Source: Eledone cirrhosa
Taxonomy: Eukaryota
DNA length: 64,000 nucleotides
Reading direction: 5' to 3'
NCBI GenBank assembly: GCA_964016885.1
Contig: OZ024741.1
Coordinates: forward strand, 17,856,001-17,920,000
Shown: positions 15,774 through 31,689 of the stretch, one piece after another
Layout: each line of letters starts with the position of its first letter
Numbering within the stretch: the stretch's first letter is position 1
Translations under genes and position numbers: made by a program
The notes under the pieces: model-generated
Database searches by the model: none
Seen by the model: only the letters and a program-made list of their open reading frames with translations
What the model was told of the DNA's origin: nothing

Positions 15774-17696
15774 AATGATTGTGGGAACTACAGAGGTATA
15801 TCATTGCTTTCTGTCGTAGGGAAAGTTTTATGTAGGGTGCTTCTGGACCGTCTGCTGACACACATTGCAGATTGTGTTCTTCCTGAAAGTCAATCTGTTT
15901 TTTGTGCTGGACGCGGCACTACTGATATGATCTTCTCAGCTAGACAGCTCCAGGAGAAGTACATGGAAAAGGTTTGGATCTGTATCAGGTTTTTGTCGAT
16001 CTGACAAAAGCTTTCGATACTGTTAACAGAGATGCATTATGGAAGGTTCTCCAGAAACTTGGTTGCCCTGATAAGTTCCTTGCTTTAGTTAGGTCTTTCC
16101 ATGACGACATGAAGTCTTGGGTTAATGTCGCGGGGTAACATGTCGGAGCCTATCTCAGTAAAAATGGAGTGCAACAGAGGGATATTCCAGCACCGACCCT
16201 GTTTGCCATATACTTTGCAATGGTTTCTCTATATTGCATTCAGGAATTGCGAGCATGGTGTTTATATCCGATATCGAACCTCAGGCATCATATTTAACAT
16301 CATGCGCTTTGCTACAAAAACGAAAGTATTTATATCAATTATAAGAGACCTCTTGTATGCAGATGATTGCGATCTTGGTGCGCACACAGAAAGTGATATG
16401 CAGCACATTTTGAATGCATTTTCTCAAGAAAACCATCGTCATGTACCAACCTGCCCCTGGTAAGCAGTACAGTGAACCAAATATCTATGTGTATGGTAAA
16501 CGACTTGGAGTGGTTGATCAGTTTGTCTACCTGGGAAGCACTGTCAATCGATACAGCAACCTTGATAATGAAATCCCACTCAGGATTAGGAAAGCAAGTG
16601 ATGCTTTCGGAAAGCTAGAAAGGCGACTCTGGGGTCGGCGAGACATATGCAAGAAGACCAAGGTAAAGGTGTACAAGGCATGTGTGCTCTCTTCTCTTCT
16701 TTATGCCTGCGAGACCTGGGTCACATATCGACACCACCTTAAGCAATTGGAGCGTTTCCATCAGATGTGTCTCAGACGGATCCATGGCGTTCACTGGAGG
16801 GACCACATCAGCGATGTCGAGATTTTGGAAAGCTCTATGTGTGACAGTATAGAAGCTCTTGTGCTTAAGCAACGACTCCGTTGGAGTGGTCACCTTGCCA
16901 GGATGAAGGATTTTAGAATACCAAAACAACTCTTTATAGAGAGTTGGTTAAAGGAAAACGACCACCACATAAACCAAAAAAGAGGTATAAGGATTCCTTG
17001 AAAGCCTCTTTGAAAGACGCTAACATCTCTGCTGATACATGGGAAAATGTTGCTGCTGATCGTAAGAAATGGAGAAAGACTGTATATGAGGGGAAAGTTG
17101 CCTTTGAGGCATCTCGAATCGCATACGAGAAAGTAAAGCGGGATGTGAGGAAGGGCATTGCTGTTGCATTTCCAGACAGCGAAGGTCCTCCTATGGCGCT
17201 GACATGCAGCGTCTGTGCGAGACTCTGCCTAAGCAAAGCTGGATTCGAAAGTCATCTTCGCAGTCATAAAGTAAGACCAGTGGTTGACTACCAGGCTGTT
17301 GTTGGTGATGCTACTCATCATGCTTGCCAAGCATGTGGTAGAGAATGTAAATCAGCAAGAGGGCTCAAACGACATGCAAAAGTACACGAACTCCAACCAC
17401 AGCCGACTATTCCCAGTGAATGTTTTGGTTGCCAACTCTGTGCAAGACATTTTAGATCATTGGCTGGGTTAAAAAGCCACATTTGATCGCAGCGCTATTA
17501 ATTGCTATCGTGTGTGTGTGTGTATAGATATGTTTATGTGTGTGCGTGTGTGTGTATATATATATATATGTATGTTAATATTGTTGTTGTTGTTGTCGTT
17601 ATTATTATTGTTGTTATTATTAATATTATTGTTATTATTATGTTGTTTTTTTCTCGTGCAATGTCCATTCTCGATAACGATGGGGCAGCCATGATG
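15774..17696 (+). mobile_element. 5'-truncated, frameshifted RTE-clade (BovB-like) LINE: RT remnant, C-terminal C2H2 zinc fingers, and 3' end split by a microsatellite
   Basis: NYRGISLLSVVGK, LPESQ..GRGTTDMIFSARQLQEK, LLYADD, FVYLGS, LLYACETW, RLRWSGHLARM spread over several frames. RTE-type 3' end GCAATGTCCATTCTCGATAACGATGGGGCAGCCATGATG at 17658-17696. Confidence 0.93.
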
Positions 17697-18428
<732 letters not shown>

Positions 18429-18960
18429 TGACTTCCTTAAATACTCGTCAAGTCTTGAAGGCGGATTCTGGAACATTCATCTGGAATGTTTCGAATGACT
18501 GGGTATGAGGAATGGGGTGGAGGAGCTGTGGTTGGGTATGTGGTATTGGTGGTTGGTAGGGCTTGAAGTAGCTATGGTAAATACCTACTGGTGGCGGTGG
18601 TTGTGGTTGTTATGGTAGCGGTGGTGGTTGGTGTTGGGGTTGGGGATACGGAAATACATTTAGAAGAAATGGAACGAAAATTAAACTGAAACATAAAGTA
18701 CAGCGGCCATTTCTCAATAATGATTGTCTATTGTTTTAGTTGCTAGCAGACCTATGATCCAAGACGTTCCAGCCGTGACCGTTCCATTTATATATTTTAG
18801 ATAAAGTATTTCTAGGATAACAATGTAGTTTATTCCTGTTTTAGTTGTTATTTGTTGTGAGTCCCAGGTCAGTCTGACCTTAACAGTGCGTAATGATTGA
18901 ATCAATCTTGTTTTTATTGCTATTGTTGTTGCTGTTGTAGAACTTCACATTTATATTTAA

Positions 18961-19179
18961 CCCTTTAGCATTTAAACCGGTCATATCCGGCCATAATTCT
19001 CTCACCTCTTTCTGTTCAAACCGGCTGTAACTGACCACTCATACTAATGTTAAGGTATTGTTCTGAAAATAATTAATATCAAAATCATAGATTCAATATT
19101 ATGTGAGATAACTGTGTAAGATAAAGACTTTACCGCATAAATTCAATAGTAAATATAGAGTAATGTAAATGCTAAAGAG
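18961..19179. mobile_element. piggyBac-like MITE
   Basis: TTAA on both sides (18957-18960, 19180-19183). Terminal inverted repeats CCCTTTAGCATTT / AAATGCTAAAGAG; non-coding interior. Confidence 0.8.
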
Positions 19180-19508
19180 TTAATACGACAGAGTCAGTCT
19201 ATTTGACGGGGGGAACTTTTTAGCAAATTCATGTGTGTCAGAACACGTGGTATCACCTCTGTGCTGTGAAAAATAATGGGTCTTAAACCATTGAAATTCA
19301 TATAAAGTATGTAAGTTATACTAAATTTTTGTTTGTTCTTAAATTGTTTGATCTGAAAGTTTTGTTGAAATGGGGATTTAGGGAAACCTCATCTGTTGTT
19401 TCAAATTTCAACATTTCAACGTGGGTGAGAATTTACCCGCCTTTACAAAAAATTGTAATGATAAATTTTACAGCTACGACTGTACTAACTCTTTGTTCCT
19501 CAGAAGTC

Positions 19509-20997
19509 GTATGTCTTAAAACTAGGGTATCTAACGACCGTACTAACTTCAGGAGTATGTCTTAAAACTAGAGTATCTAACGACCGTACTAACTTAAGAA
19601 GTATGTCTTAAAACTAGAGTATCTAACGACCGTACTAACTTAAGAAGTATGTCTTAAAACTAGAGTATCTAACGACCGTACTAACTTCAGGATTATATCT
19701 TAAAACTAGAGTATCTAACGACCGTACTAACTTCAGAAGTATGTCTTAAAACTAGAGTATCTAACGACCGTACTAACTTAAGAAGTATGTCTTAAAACTA
19801 GAGTATCTAACGACCGTACTAACTTCAGGAGTATGTCTTAAAACTAGAGTATCTAACGACCGTACTAACTTCAGGAGTATGTCTTAAAACTAGAGTATCT
19901 AACGACCGTACTAACTTCAGAAGTATGTCTTAAAACTAGAGTATCTAACGACCGTACTAACTTCAGGAGTATGTCTTAAAACTAGAGTATCTAACGACCG
20001 TACTAACTTCAGGAGTATGTCTTAAAACTAGAGTATCTAACGACCGTACTAACTTCAGAAGTATGTCTTAAAACTAAAGTATCTAACGACCGTACTAACT
20101 TCAGAAGTATGTCTTAAAACTAGAGTATCTAACGACCGTACTAACTTAAGAAGTATGTCTTAAAACTAGAGTATCTAACGACCGTACTAACTTAAGAAGT
20201 ATGTCTTAAAACTAGAGTATCTAACGACCGTACTAACTTCAGGATTATATCTTAAAACTAGAGTATCTAACGACCGTACTAACTTCAGGAGTATGTCTTA
20301 CAACTAGAGTATCTAACGACCGTACTAACTTCAGGAGTATGTCTTACAACTAGAGTATCTAACGACCGTACTAACTTCAGGATTATATCTTAAAACTAGA
20401 GTATCTAACGACCGTACTAACTTAAGAAGTATGTCTTAAAACTAGAGTATCTAACGACCGTACTAACTTCAGGATTATATCTTAAAACTAGAGTATCTAA
20501 CGACCGTACTAACTTCAGGAGTATGTCTTAAAACTAGAGTATCTAACGACCGTACTAACTTCAGGATTATATCTTAAAACTAGAGTATCTAACGACCGTA
20601 CTAACTTAAGAAGTATGTCTTAAAACTAGAGTATCTAACGACCGTACTAACTTCAGGATTATATCTTAAAACTAGAGTATCTAACGACCGTACTAACTTC
20701 AGGATTATATCTTAAAACTAGAGTATCTAACGACCGTACTAACTTCAGGAGTATGTCTTAAAACTAGAGTATCTAACGACTGTACTAACTTCAGGAGTGT
20801 GTCTTAAAACTAGAGTATCTAACGACCGTACTAACTTAAGAAGTATGTCTTAAAACTAGAGTATCTAACGACCGTACTAACTTAAGAAGTATGTCTTAAA
20901 ACTAGAGTATCTAACGACCGTACTAACTTCAGGAGTATGTCTTAAAACTAGAGTATCTAACGACCGTATTAACTTCAGGAGTATGTCTTAAAACTAG
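19509..20997. repeat. 46-bp tandem repeat (GTATGTCTTAAAACTAGAGTATCTAACGACCGTACTAACTTCAGGA), ~32 copies
   Basis: Exact 46-nt period with few variants and no unique spacers. Confidence 0.97.
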
Positions 20998-22320
20998 TTC
21001 CGGCATTGTCTCAGACAGTTCCTATTGAAATAATTGAGAACGCCGCTAAATATATAATCTCAGACCGTTATTTTCTTCTTTCACATTCTCGTCTTTTTCC
21101 ATAACGAGGTAAAGTCCACAACAGAAGAATTGCTGTCCACTGGTCAATCAACTTCCACTAATGGTTTCCTTATGTTGGTACGGTTGCCAGCTTCTCAAAT
21201 ATAGCTGGATCCTCGTTACCGTCTGGGAGATATGTCTTTTTTAAGGCTCCTCCATCAAGTTAGTCTCTGAAGCTGGATTTTCACAGTTGCTGGTTCTTTC
21301 AAAGCATGTCTAATATCAAAGGTAATGTTTAAAACGTACATTTTCCACAGCCGACAATGTCGCGCTCTTGTATTTAGCAACGTCCTCTATATTGCAAGCG
21401 TTCGAGCGAGGTCTCTGGATTCAGGATATAATTCAAACATCAAAATCAGCCTCAGCGGCCCTGAAAATAGTCATGGAACTGCCTGTTCACCTGTGACTAA
21501 TTCATCAGAAAATTATCTGCGATGTATCAAAGAATTTTACTAAAAATATTTCATTTTCCTATAATAAAAATTCGTTTAACAATATCACAAATAACTACGA
21601 GTGGTTTCCAAATTAGTTATATAAGAGATAGTTTCAATAATACAGAGTTCCGAAAATTATCCTCCAGAAGGTAAATGTTTGAAAAAGAAGCTACCGTAGA
21701 TTGTACAATGTTGTCAACCGCAAATATTTCAATTAAGAAATGCATGAATCGCATAGGGAAACAATTTAAATTGCGGTTTTTAAAAAAATATATAACATTC
21801 AGAAATACAGCTAAACAGACAATTGCACCTCCAGCAAAATATATTTGTCTTTTTAAGCCTAAATATATATTTTAAGTTATGTGGAAGCATAAAACAAACC
21901 TGAACCTTTTGTAACCTTTGCATTGCGGAGGAACTGAATATCCTTTTCATACCAGTTTATTTTCAAACGAGAATTTCAAAATAATTGCCTTTTTCAGTCA
22001 TAGACCCAAATATTCCCTTCCATGATATAAAACACCAGAATTAGCCAAACATTAAATGTTACAGGACCATTTATTTTATATGGTAATTTTATCTTGTATG
22101 AAGGTTATTTATGATTTTTCAACTTTAAATATTGTTCCCATAACGTTTTATTTTATGAATCTGAGCTATTACACAATAATTTTTTTTATGACGGGACTTC
22201 TTGATCTACTTATTTTTCTTGATTTTGATCCACAACAGCAACAGACCTTTAAATTGGGTTAAAAGTCAACAACAAACTTTCTTTTTATATTTCTCTCTCT
22301 CACACTCCCTCTCTGTATGC

Positions 22321-22371
<51 letters not shown>

Positions 22372-22455
22372 ATATGTTGGTTGTTTACCGACACCTCAGT
22401 ATGCAGATTGAAGCACTTGACGAAGCCAAATTTTAAATATTTGAATTATTTATTT

Positions 22456-22535
<80 letters not shown>

Positions 22536-22765
22536 TAAAAGAGAAAACACAGGTAAGCATTAAGAGGAGGATTTTATCCAGGTATTTACGACTGTTTCAT
22601 TGGTAAGTGCAACCTTATATTGCTATACTGCAAATAGCAGCCACTCAATTATAATTGTTGTTCACAGTCCAAATTTTCAAATATATATATATATATATAT
22701 ATATTGGAAAGTGAGGTTTTTTTTACAAAATGAAAAATAACCGAGGTGTCCTACACGAGTGAAAG

Positions 22766-23155
<390 letters not shown>

Positions 23156-23275
23156 GGAAAAGGTGAAGTTGGAAATAGCACGGAAAATATATTTAAGGGT
23201 CTATTTTTCTTTTTTTATCCTTTCTTTGATTCGTATTGAAAAGATGACACTGTTTTGTATAGAACCTTACTTCCC

Positions 23276-23382
<107 letters not shown>

Positions 23383-23419
23383 TGTGTGTATCTGTGGTGT
23401 GTGTATGTGTATAATATAA

Positions 23420-23454
<35 letters not shown>

Positions 23455-23464
23455 CATTTAAGTA

Positions 23465-23684
23465 ATTATAAAAACCATTCAATGCACTAGAAAATTAAAG
23501 GTGCCAAGATAACGATAAGAACTGACCTTAGAAAATGTAATAATCACAAAAATTTTCGGGTTTCAAAACCCATTATCAAGGGAGTATCCATGTGAACGTC
23601 TTAAAGGATCGATCGGAGATGAGTTGTTAGGGAGGTAGATTATCTACCTTTAATTTTCTAATGCATTGTTTGGCTTTTAAAATT
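23465..23684. repeat. imperfect foldback element (~39-bp inverted arms) with a degenerate hammerhead-like motif on the - strand
   Basis: AATGCACTAGAAAATTAAAGGT / ACCTTTAATTTTCTAATGCATT. Minus strand reads TTGATAA-TGGGT..ACCC-GAAA at ~23550-23582. Confidence 0.55.
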
Positions 23685-23740
23685 ATTCAAATTTGTACTT
23701 CACAATGCTTCAAGCAAACTACAACACAATTATATATATA

Positions 23741-24255
23741 TCGTTGTTTGTTTACATGTCTCGCTCGTTTCACCCTATTTTACTTGTCCCAATAACTTTA
23801 TTTGTTATTGCTCGCGCCAACTAGAGGTATATGATTTTTAAAGCGATGAAATACCAATGAAGGTTGGAAGATCACTGATGAAGGACTAATTTTATTCATA
23901 TGTAACCCATCTGCAACCACGCAGCTCTCCATTTTTCTCATATTTATATTTTTTCCTCAGCTGTGATTGTCTGTTTCATTCTTACTCTTTCTTACTCTCT
24001 CCTCTTTTTACCCACTCTGCCAGTCACACTCTCTCTCTGCTGGTCTCTTCCTCACACTTCCACTCACTCACTTTCTGCTCCCCCCCCCCCCTCTCACTTC
24101 CTCCCGTTTGACCTGTGTGAAATCCTTTTCTCGCTCACATCTCACCCATGTCGGATGGTCTGTATCTCTCGCCCATGAATTCACCAAGCTTAAGCTTACA
24201 GATTTCATGTACTTGTCTTTCCTATCTTTCCGTTGCCATACCATCGTTGTTTGTT

Positions 24256-24257
<2 letters not shown>
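23741..24257 (+). repeat. ~500-bp interspersed repeat, circularly permuted relative to the copy at 41560-42000
   Basis: 14-bp terminal direct repeat TCGTTGTTTGTTTA; block order B-A here versus A-B in the other copy; flanked by (TA)n. Confidence 0.75.
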
Positions 24258-24296
<39 letters not shown>

Positions 24297-24462
24297 ATAT
24301 ATATATATATTATATGTATGTGTGTGTGGGTGTGGGTGTTTGTATGGGTGTGTGTCTGTGTGTGTGCGTGCGTGTATGTGTGTGTGTGTGTCTGTGTGTG
24401 TGTATGTACATATACATATACTATACATATATGTATGTATGCAAAAAGTAACCAGAAATAAT

Positions 24463-24648
24463 TGTTTCCACTTTAGGCACAAGGCCAGCAATTACCCAGT
24501 GCATTACTGGTACTTTATTTTATCGACCCCGTAAGGATGAAAGGCAAAGTTAACCTCGGCGGGATTTGAACTCAGATCGTAAAGGGACGTAACTATGCTG
24601 GAAAGCATGGCGTCCGACCCTCTACCGATACTGCCAATCCACCGCCCT
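24463..24648 (-). mobile_element. tRNA-derived SINE with target-site duplication
   Basis: Reverse complement of the 15353-15533 SINE; box B GAGTTCAAATCCC; flanking 16-bp direct repeat AGTAACCAGAAATAAT at 24447-24462 and 24655-24670. Confidence 0.88.
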
Positions 24649-24869
24649 AGAAATAGTAACCAGAAATAATAAAGCAAATACATACACCGACGAAATATGT
24701 TAGTTTAACGCTTGATATAACAGGAAAATAGTGTTAACGCTTCAGACACTAGTCCTTCATCAAAAGATAGAGTGAGAAATGAAAGAGGAAATAGAAAGAT
24801 AAAAAGTGAGAAGAGGAGGAACGGAAAAAAACATTTTTGACAAAGGACACGTATGTATTCAGTCAGCCA

Positions 24870-26900
<2,031 letters not shown>

Positions 26901-27463
26901 AGTTATAAACTCAAATAGTCTTTTACAATTAAATAGCTCAAAGAAAGGAATTCTGTGCCGTGTAATACAAATGAATATATGAGAGGGATAAACACTGATA
27001 CAAGTATACATGTGTTCGTATTGCAAATGACCAAGTTAGCTAGATTGAAAAATACTAATTAAAATAATACGGTTTGACTGTCTCGATTTAAAATAATAAA
27101 TCAATAAAAATAAACCTATATTGGCAATAGCATTGATACCTGGACAAATTTAAATTTTAAATTTCAAATTTGTTTCGCAACAATTAAGTGGATGTTCCTA
27201 TTTCTGTGCTCCTCTGCAGGTATCCAGAAATTGGTAAGTTTCACTTCAAAATACTTAAGAAGACTGAGAGAAATGTGTTTTTTAACGCACATGTGTCACA
27301 GTGTCTAGCACATCCTATACTCGTGCCGCTAAAAATAGCAGCCGTATATATATATATACTTTGTGTGTGTGTCAGAGAGAGAAAGAGAAAGAGATAGAGA
27401 GAACAAAAGTGAAAACGAGATCAACAGACAGACAGGTAGATAGATAGAGAGATAAATAGATAG

Positions 27464-27842
27464 ATGTATTTCTTTATTTGCCACACGGGCGCACAAGTAA
27501 AGGGGACGATACAAAGACATGGCGGGAATTTTACATACAGTCGTGTAAAAAAGTTTTAACATGAAAATATAACAATCGAAATCCCCAATGATGGGGAGGG
27601 AGGCGTTACAAATGGGTTGTTTTATGCCCCGTAGATATAACAATCCTCAACTCCAGGAGCATGTTGTGCAAGTGGTCCCTTCTTCCTTTTGCTCTCTTTT
27701 TAACCTACAGGTTTATATACAGAGAAGGCCCAATCACTCGAGCCATTCTCGACACGTTCACCAACTTTTCAGTAAATTTACTGGGGTTCAGTACCTCTCT
27801 CTTCCCTCTGATTCTCCTTCTAACGTGGAAGAGAAACCGAGA
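27464..27842 (-). mobile_element. 3' fragment of an L1/Tx1-type LINE related to the elements at 53-64 kb
   Basis: Minus-strand translation REVLNPSKFTEKLVNVSRMARVIGPSLYINL* matches REVLHPSRFHERWVKVARMARVNGPSLYISL*. Similar 3' terminus GTGGCAAATAAAGAAA running into (GATA)n. Confidence 0.88.
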
Positions 27843-28294
27843 TATAAGCAGATACACTGGCACACAGAGAGACTGGCGGCAGAGTGATAGAGGGGACAGT
27901 TTGAGTGAGACCGAGAGTTAGACTGAAAGACAAATGATGTGAGATACCGATAAACAGAGAGAGAGAGAGAGAGAGAGAGTGAGAGAGAGAGAGAGAGAGG
28001 GTGTGTGTGTGTGTGTGTGTAATTATTTAAGAGTGTAAGATAGGAGTTGAGGTAGATTTAGTAGCTATTTTTAGCACATCTAGCTACAACGTTAATGTCT
28101 CCGTTTTGGCTCATACATATGACAACAAAGGTCTTATTCCTTACAGACAAACCTCTTACCTTTTACTTCCTCTCATATAAAGTCTCTCGCTTAGTCAAAC
28201 TTCCACTCTCTCAGATTCTCACAAAACTATGCAGTCTTTTACTCGGTCGCTCAAGTTCTCAATAAAATGTACAATTACTCGCTAATCCCTCTAC

Positions 28295-29290
28295 ATTTTC
28301 ACTCATCTAATCACACGCAACCATCCACACTTTCACTCATCTAATCCCTCACTCAACCATCCGCACTTTCACTCATCTAATCACTCACTCAACCATCCGC
28401 ACTTTCACTCATCTAACCCCTCACTCAACCATCCGCACTTTCACTCATCTAATCCCTCACTCAACCATCCGCACTTTCACTCATCTAATCACTCACTCAA
28501 CTATCCGCACTTTCACTCATCTAATCCCTCACTCAACCATCCGCACTTTCACTCATCTAATCACTCACTCAACCATCCGCACTTTCACTCCTCTAATCCC
28601 TCACTCAACCATCCGCACTTTCAGTCATCTAATCACTCACTCAACCATCCGCACTTTCACTCATCTAACCCCTCACTCAACCATCCGCACTTTCACTCAT
28701 CTAACCCCTCACTCAACCATCCGCACTTTCACTCATCTAACCCCTCACTCAACCATCCGCACTTTCACTCATCTAACCCCTCGCTAACCCATCCACACTT
28801 TCACTCCTCTAACCCCTCACTCAACTATCCACACTTTCACTCATCTAACCCCTCACTCAACAATCCGCACTTTCACTCATCTAACCCCTCACTCAACCAT
28901 CCGCACTTTCACTCATCTAACCCCTCGCTAACCCATCCACACTTTCACTCCTCTAACCCCTCACTCAACTATCTACACTTTCACTCATCTAATCCCTCAC
29001 TCAACTATCCACACTTTCACCCATCTAATCCCTCACTCAACCATCCACACTTCCACTCCTCTAACCCCTCACTCAACTATCCAAACTTTCACTCATCTAA
29101 TCTCTCACTCAACTATCCAGACTTTCACTCATCTAACCCCTCACTGAACTATCCACACTTTCACTCATCTAATCTCTCACTCAACTATCAAACACTTTCA
29201 CTCCTCTAACCCCTCACTCAACTATCCAAACTTTCACTCATCTAATCCCCCACTCAACCATCCACACTTCCACTCATCCGAATATCCACT
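28295..29290. repeat. 36-bp tandem repeat (TCACTCATCTAATCCCTCACTCAACCATCCGCACTT), ~27 copies, with degenerate flanks to ~29780
   Basis: 36-nt period. Confidence 0.95.
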
Positions 29291-29930
29291 AAACAATCGA
29301 TCCTTTCCCTTCTTTTCTCAACAACCCTATCTTTCACTCAGAATATAATCTCTCACGCCTTCATCCATTTTCTCTCTCACTCAGCCACCAAATCTCTCAC
29401 TCGCCTGTAAAACATCTCACTCGGCTGTAAAATCGCTCACCCAGTCGCCCAATCTTTCCCTCAGTCACCCGGCTGTACAACCTTTTACTCAACCACATAA
29501 TCTCTCACTTGGCAGTACAACCTCTCACTCAGACATCCATACGCTTATTCTCATCCATCCTCAGCCATCCAACCTCACTCAGTTTCCGAAGATCTCACTC
29601 AATTCTCCAAACTCTGAATTAGCCATACAAATTCACTGAATTCTCACTCAAACTCAACTATTCCTACTCTCACTCAGCCATCCAATCTCTTTGTCAGCTA
29701 TTACCGTTCTCACTCAGCGAGTCTCGCTCTCACTCAGCAAGTCCCACTCTCACTCAGATAGCTAAGTGTTCACTTCGCCTATTAATCATCATTTAAATTC
29801 ACTATAAAAAATACTTCCCTATAATTACAAAATGCCCGACAGCTATATTTTCGAGTTTCAGTGTTTTATATATGTATGTATATACACACATACACATATA
29901 TATGTATGTATCTATATGTACATACATATA

Positions 29931-30500
29931 TGGAGGCTGCCAACTCGTTTTCGAGTACGGCCACTACTTTATATCCATGTAGGAGAACCCCTACTGATGC
30001 GCTGAACGAGTGTGACTTTCAGTACAGCCAGCGACTTGAAAACTCTGGTACAAACACTACACTTGTGACAATTATTGACACATAGTGCTGGGCCCATGGA
30101 ACCATCTGACGACAAGTGCAGAGAGATCTCCAGATATAAAGCAATGCCTGTGCCGTGAAGCTTTTATAGGGAGCAAAGGCACTGCACAAAGCCAGTCCCA
30201 GTCTCTTAACCAAGATGATATTTACCAAAAAGAAGAACAAGTCAACATCATTGGATACCATCAGGGTTGCAGGTGTTATATCAGAGTTTTCCTTCTCCTA
30301 GAATTCTGCTTTGACAAAAGGTAAGGGGTCATCTCTCCCGGTGATTTTGGATGGCCATTGACTCTTAAGAGCTCCTTTGCCCTTTGACAGGTTTTGTTTT
30401 TAGTCCTGCAGGATGTCCAAAGTCACCCTCCTCACCAAGAAACCTTGGTGGGGTTGCCAGTTTAGTCGCCAACGACCCGACCAGTTGGTGCTACTAGTAA
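29931..30500 (-). mobile_element. bipartite non-autonomous RTE derivative (RTE 5' UTR joined to RTE 3' end)
   Basis: RTE 5' motif GGAGAAGGAAAACTCTGA (30281-30298, - strand); terminal C2H2 remnant HKCSVCTRVFKSLAVLK/SHTRSAH; 3' end GTGGCCGTACTCGAAAACGAGTTGGCAGCC similar to that of the RTE at 17658-17696. Confidence 0.7.
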
Positions 30501-30900
30501 CATGTATGTTTGTATATACATATATATATACATACATACATGTATCTATCTATGTATGTATGTATATATACATACATATATGTAAGTATTGCATACGTAC
30601 ACACATACACGCGCGCTCACGCGCACACACACATATCACACGTACACACACACACACACATATACAATATATTAATAAATGGAATCTATATTTATAAAAC
30701 CATATTTATTTTATTATATATATTTCAAGCGCAACCAAGTCAAATTATGGTGCGCTTTCATCAGATAAAATAAAGCTTGTTGAATCCCAACAAATTAAAT
30801 ATAACCTCTGCATATATATGTAAAAGAAATCAAAGAACGCCTACATACTCATACAATTTTTATTTTCTAACAATGTTTCATCCATACCATTGGACAAGAA

Positions 30901-30949
<49 letters not shown>

Positions 30950-31636
30950 GTAATAATAATAAATGTGAAGACTAAAATCCAAAGAGGGCTCGATAAGGAT
31001 AAATATATAATAAATATATAAGAACCGTAGAGCAAATATTTATTAAAATAACAGATTAAAGTTTAAGCAAAGAATCGCTGCTTTCACCCTTAACGGGATC
31101 TTCTGAAACTAACAAAGTCAATCTGTGAACGCAGAAGTAAATATTTCAAAAAACGTTGCAACCGGAGGAAGACAGGAAGACGATACTTTGGTTCGTGGAA
31201 ACGTTCCTGGCAAAGAACGGGAAAATACCTGCTGATAACGTGATATTCCTTGTTTGATCATTATACTAAAAGCTTATAGTTTTAAGCAGACAGTATTATT
31301 GATTTAGGTGTCACAGAAACCCTGCATTTGGATTTTACCATCAATTCCAATGGGTCCAGGTCGGTTATATATGTGTATATGTATATATATATATATGATT
31401 TTATTATTTATTTTGTTTGACCTGTTTAGCTTGACTTATTTTTTGGCTTAGGTGGTTAATGCCTTCTTGACCACTTTTTCAGTTTTGTATGGCGTTCTAA
31501 CATATATGTTTAGCTCTGTTTTTCTTTAACTATGTAGCGCTTGCCAGCATAACTCTGATTTTGCGTTTCGTTTCGCTTTTTCTACCCGCCGAAATGCGAT
31601 TCCCGCTGAATTTATATATATATATTTTTATATATA

Positions 31637-31689
<53 letters not shown>

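Noticed and set aside
19224-19306. LamG/pentraxin-like peptide QNTWYHLCAVKNNGS*TIEIHI upstream of the 19474 exon candidate
   Set aside because: In-frame TAA and stops in the other frames; similarity too short to call a gene or pseudogene.
19509-20997. CRISPR-like appearance of the 46-bp array (also the 36-bp and 35-bp arrays)
   Set aside because: Units are directly adjacent with no unique spacers, there are no cas genes, and the context is eukaryotic.
21000-21545. Coding-looking unique sequence after the 46-bp array
   Set aside because: Only short open frames on either strand, no recognisable motif and no consistent splice pattern.
28660-29220. Telomere-like CTAACCC inside the 36-bp unit
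   Set aside because: Single 7-mer per unit, never tandem TTAGGG.
31160-31212. Hammerhead-like CAGG...GAAACGTTCCTG
   Set aside because: CUGANGA core is missing; at best a decayed remnant.
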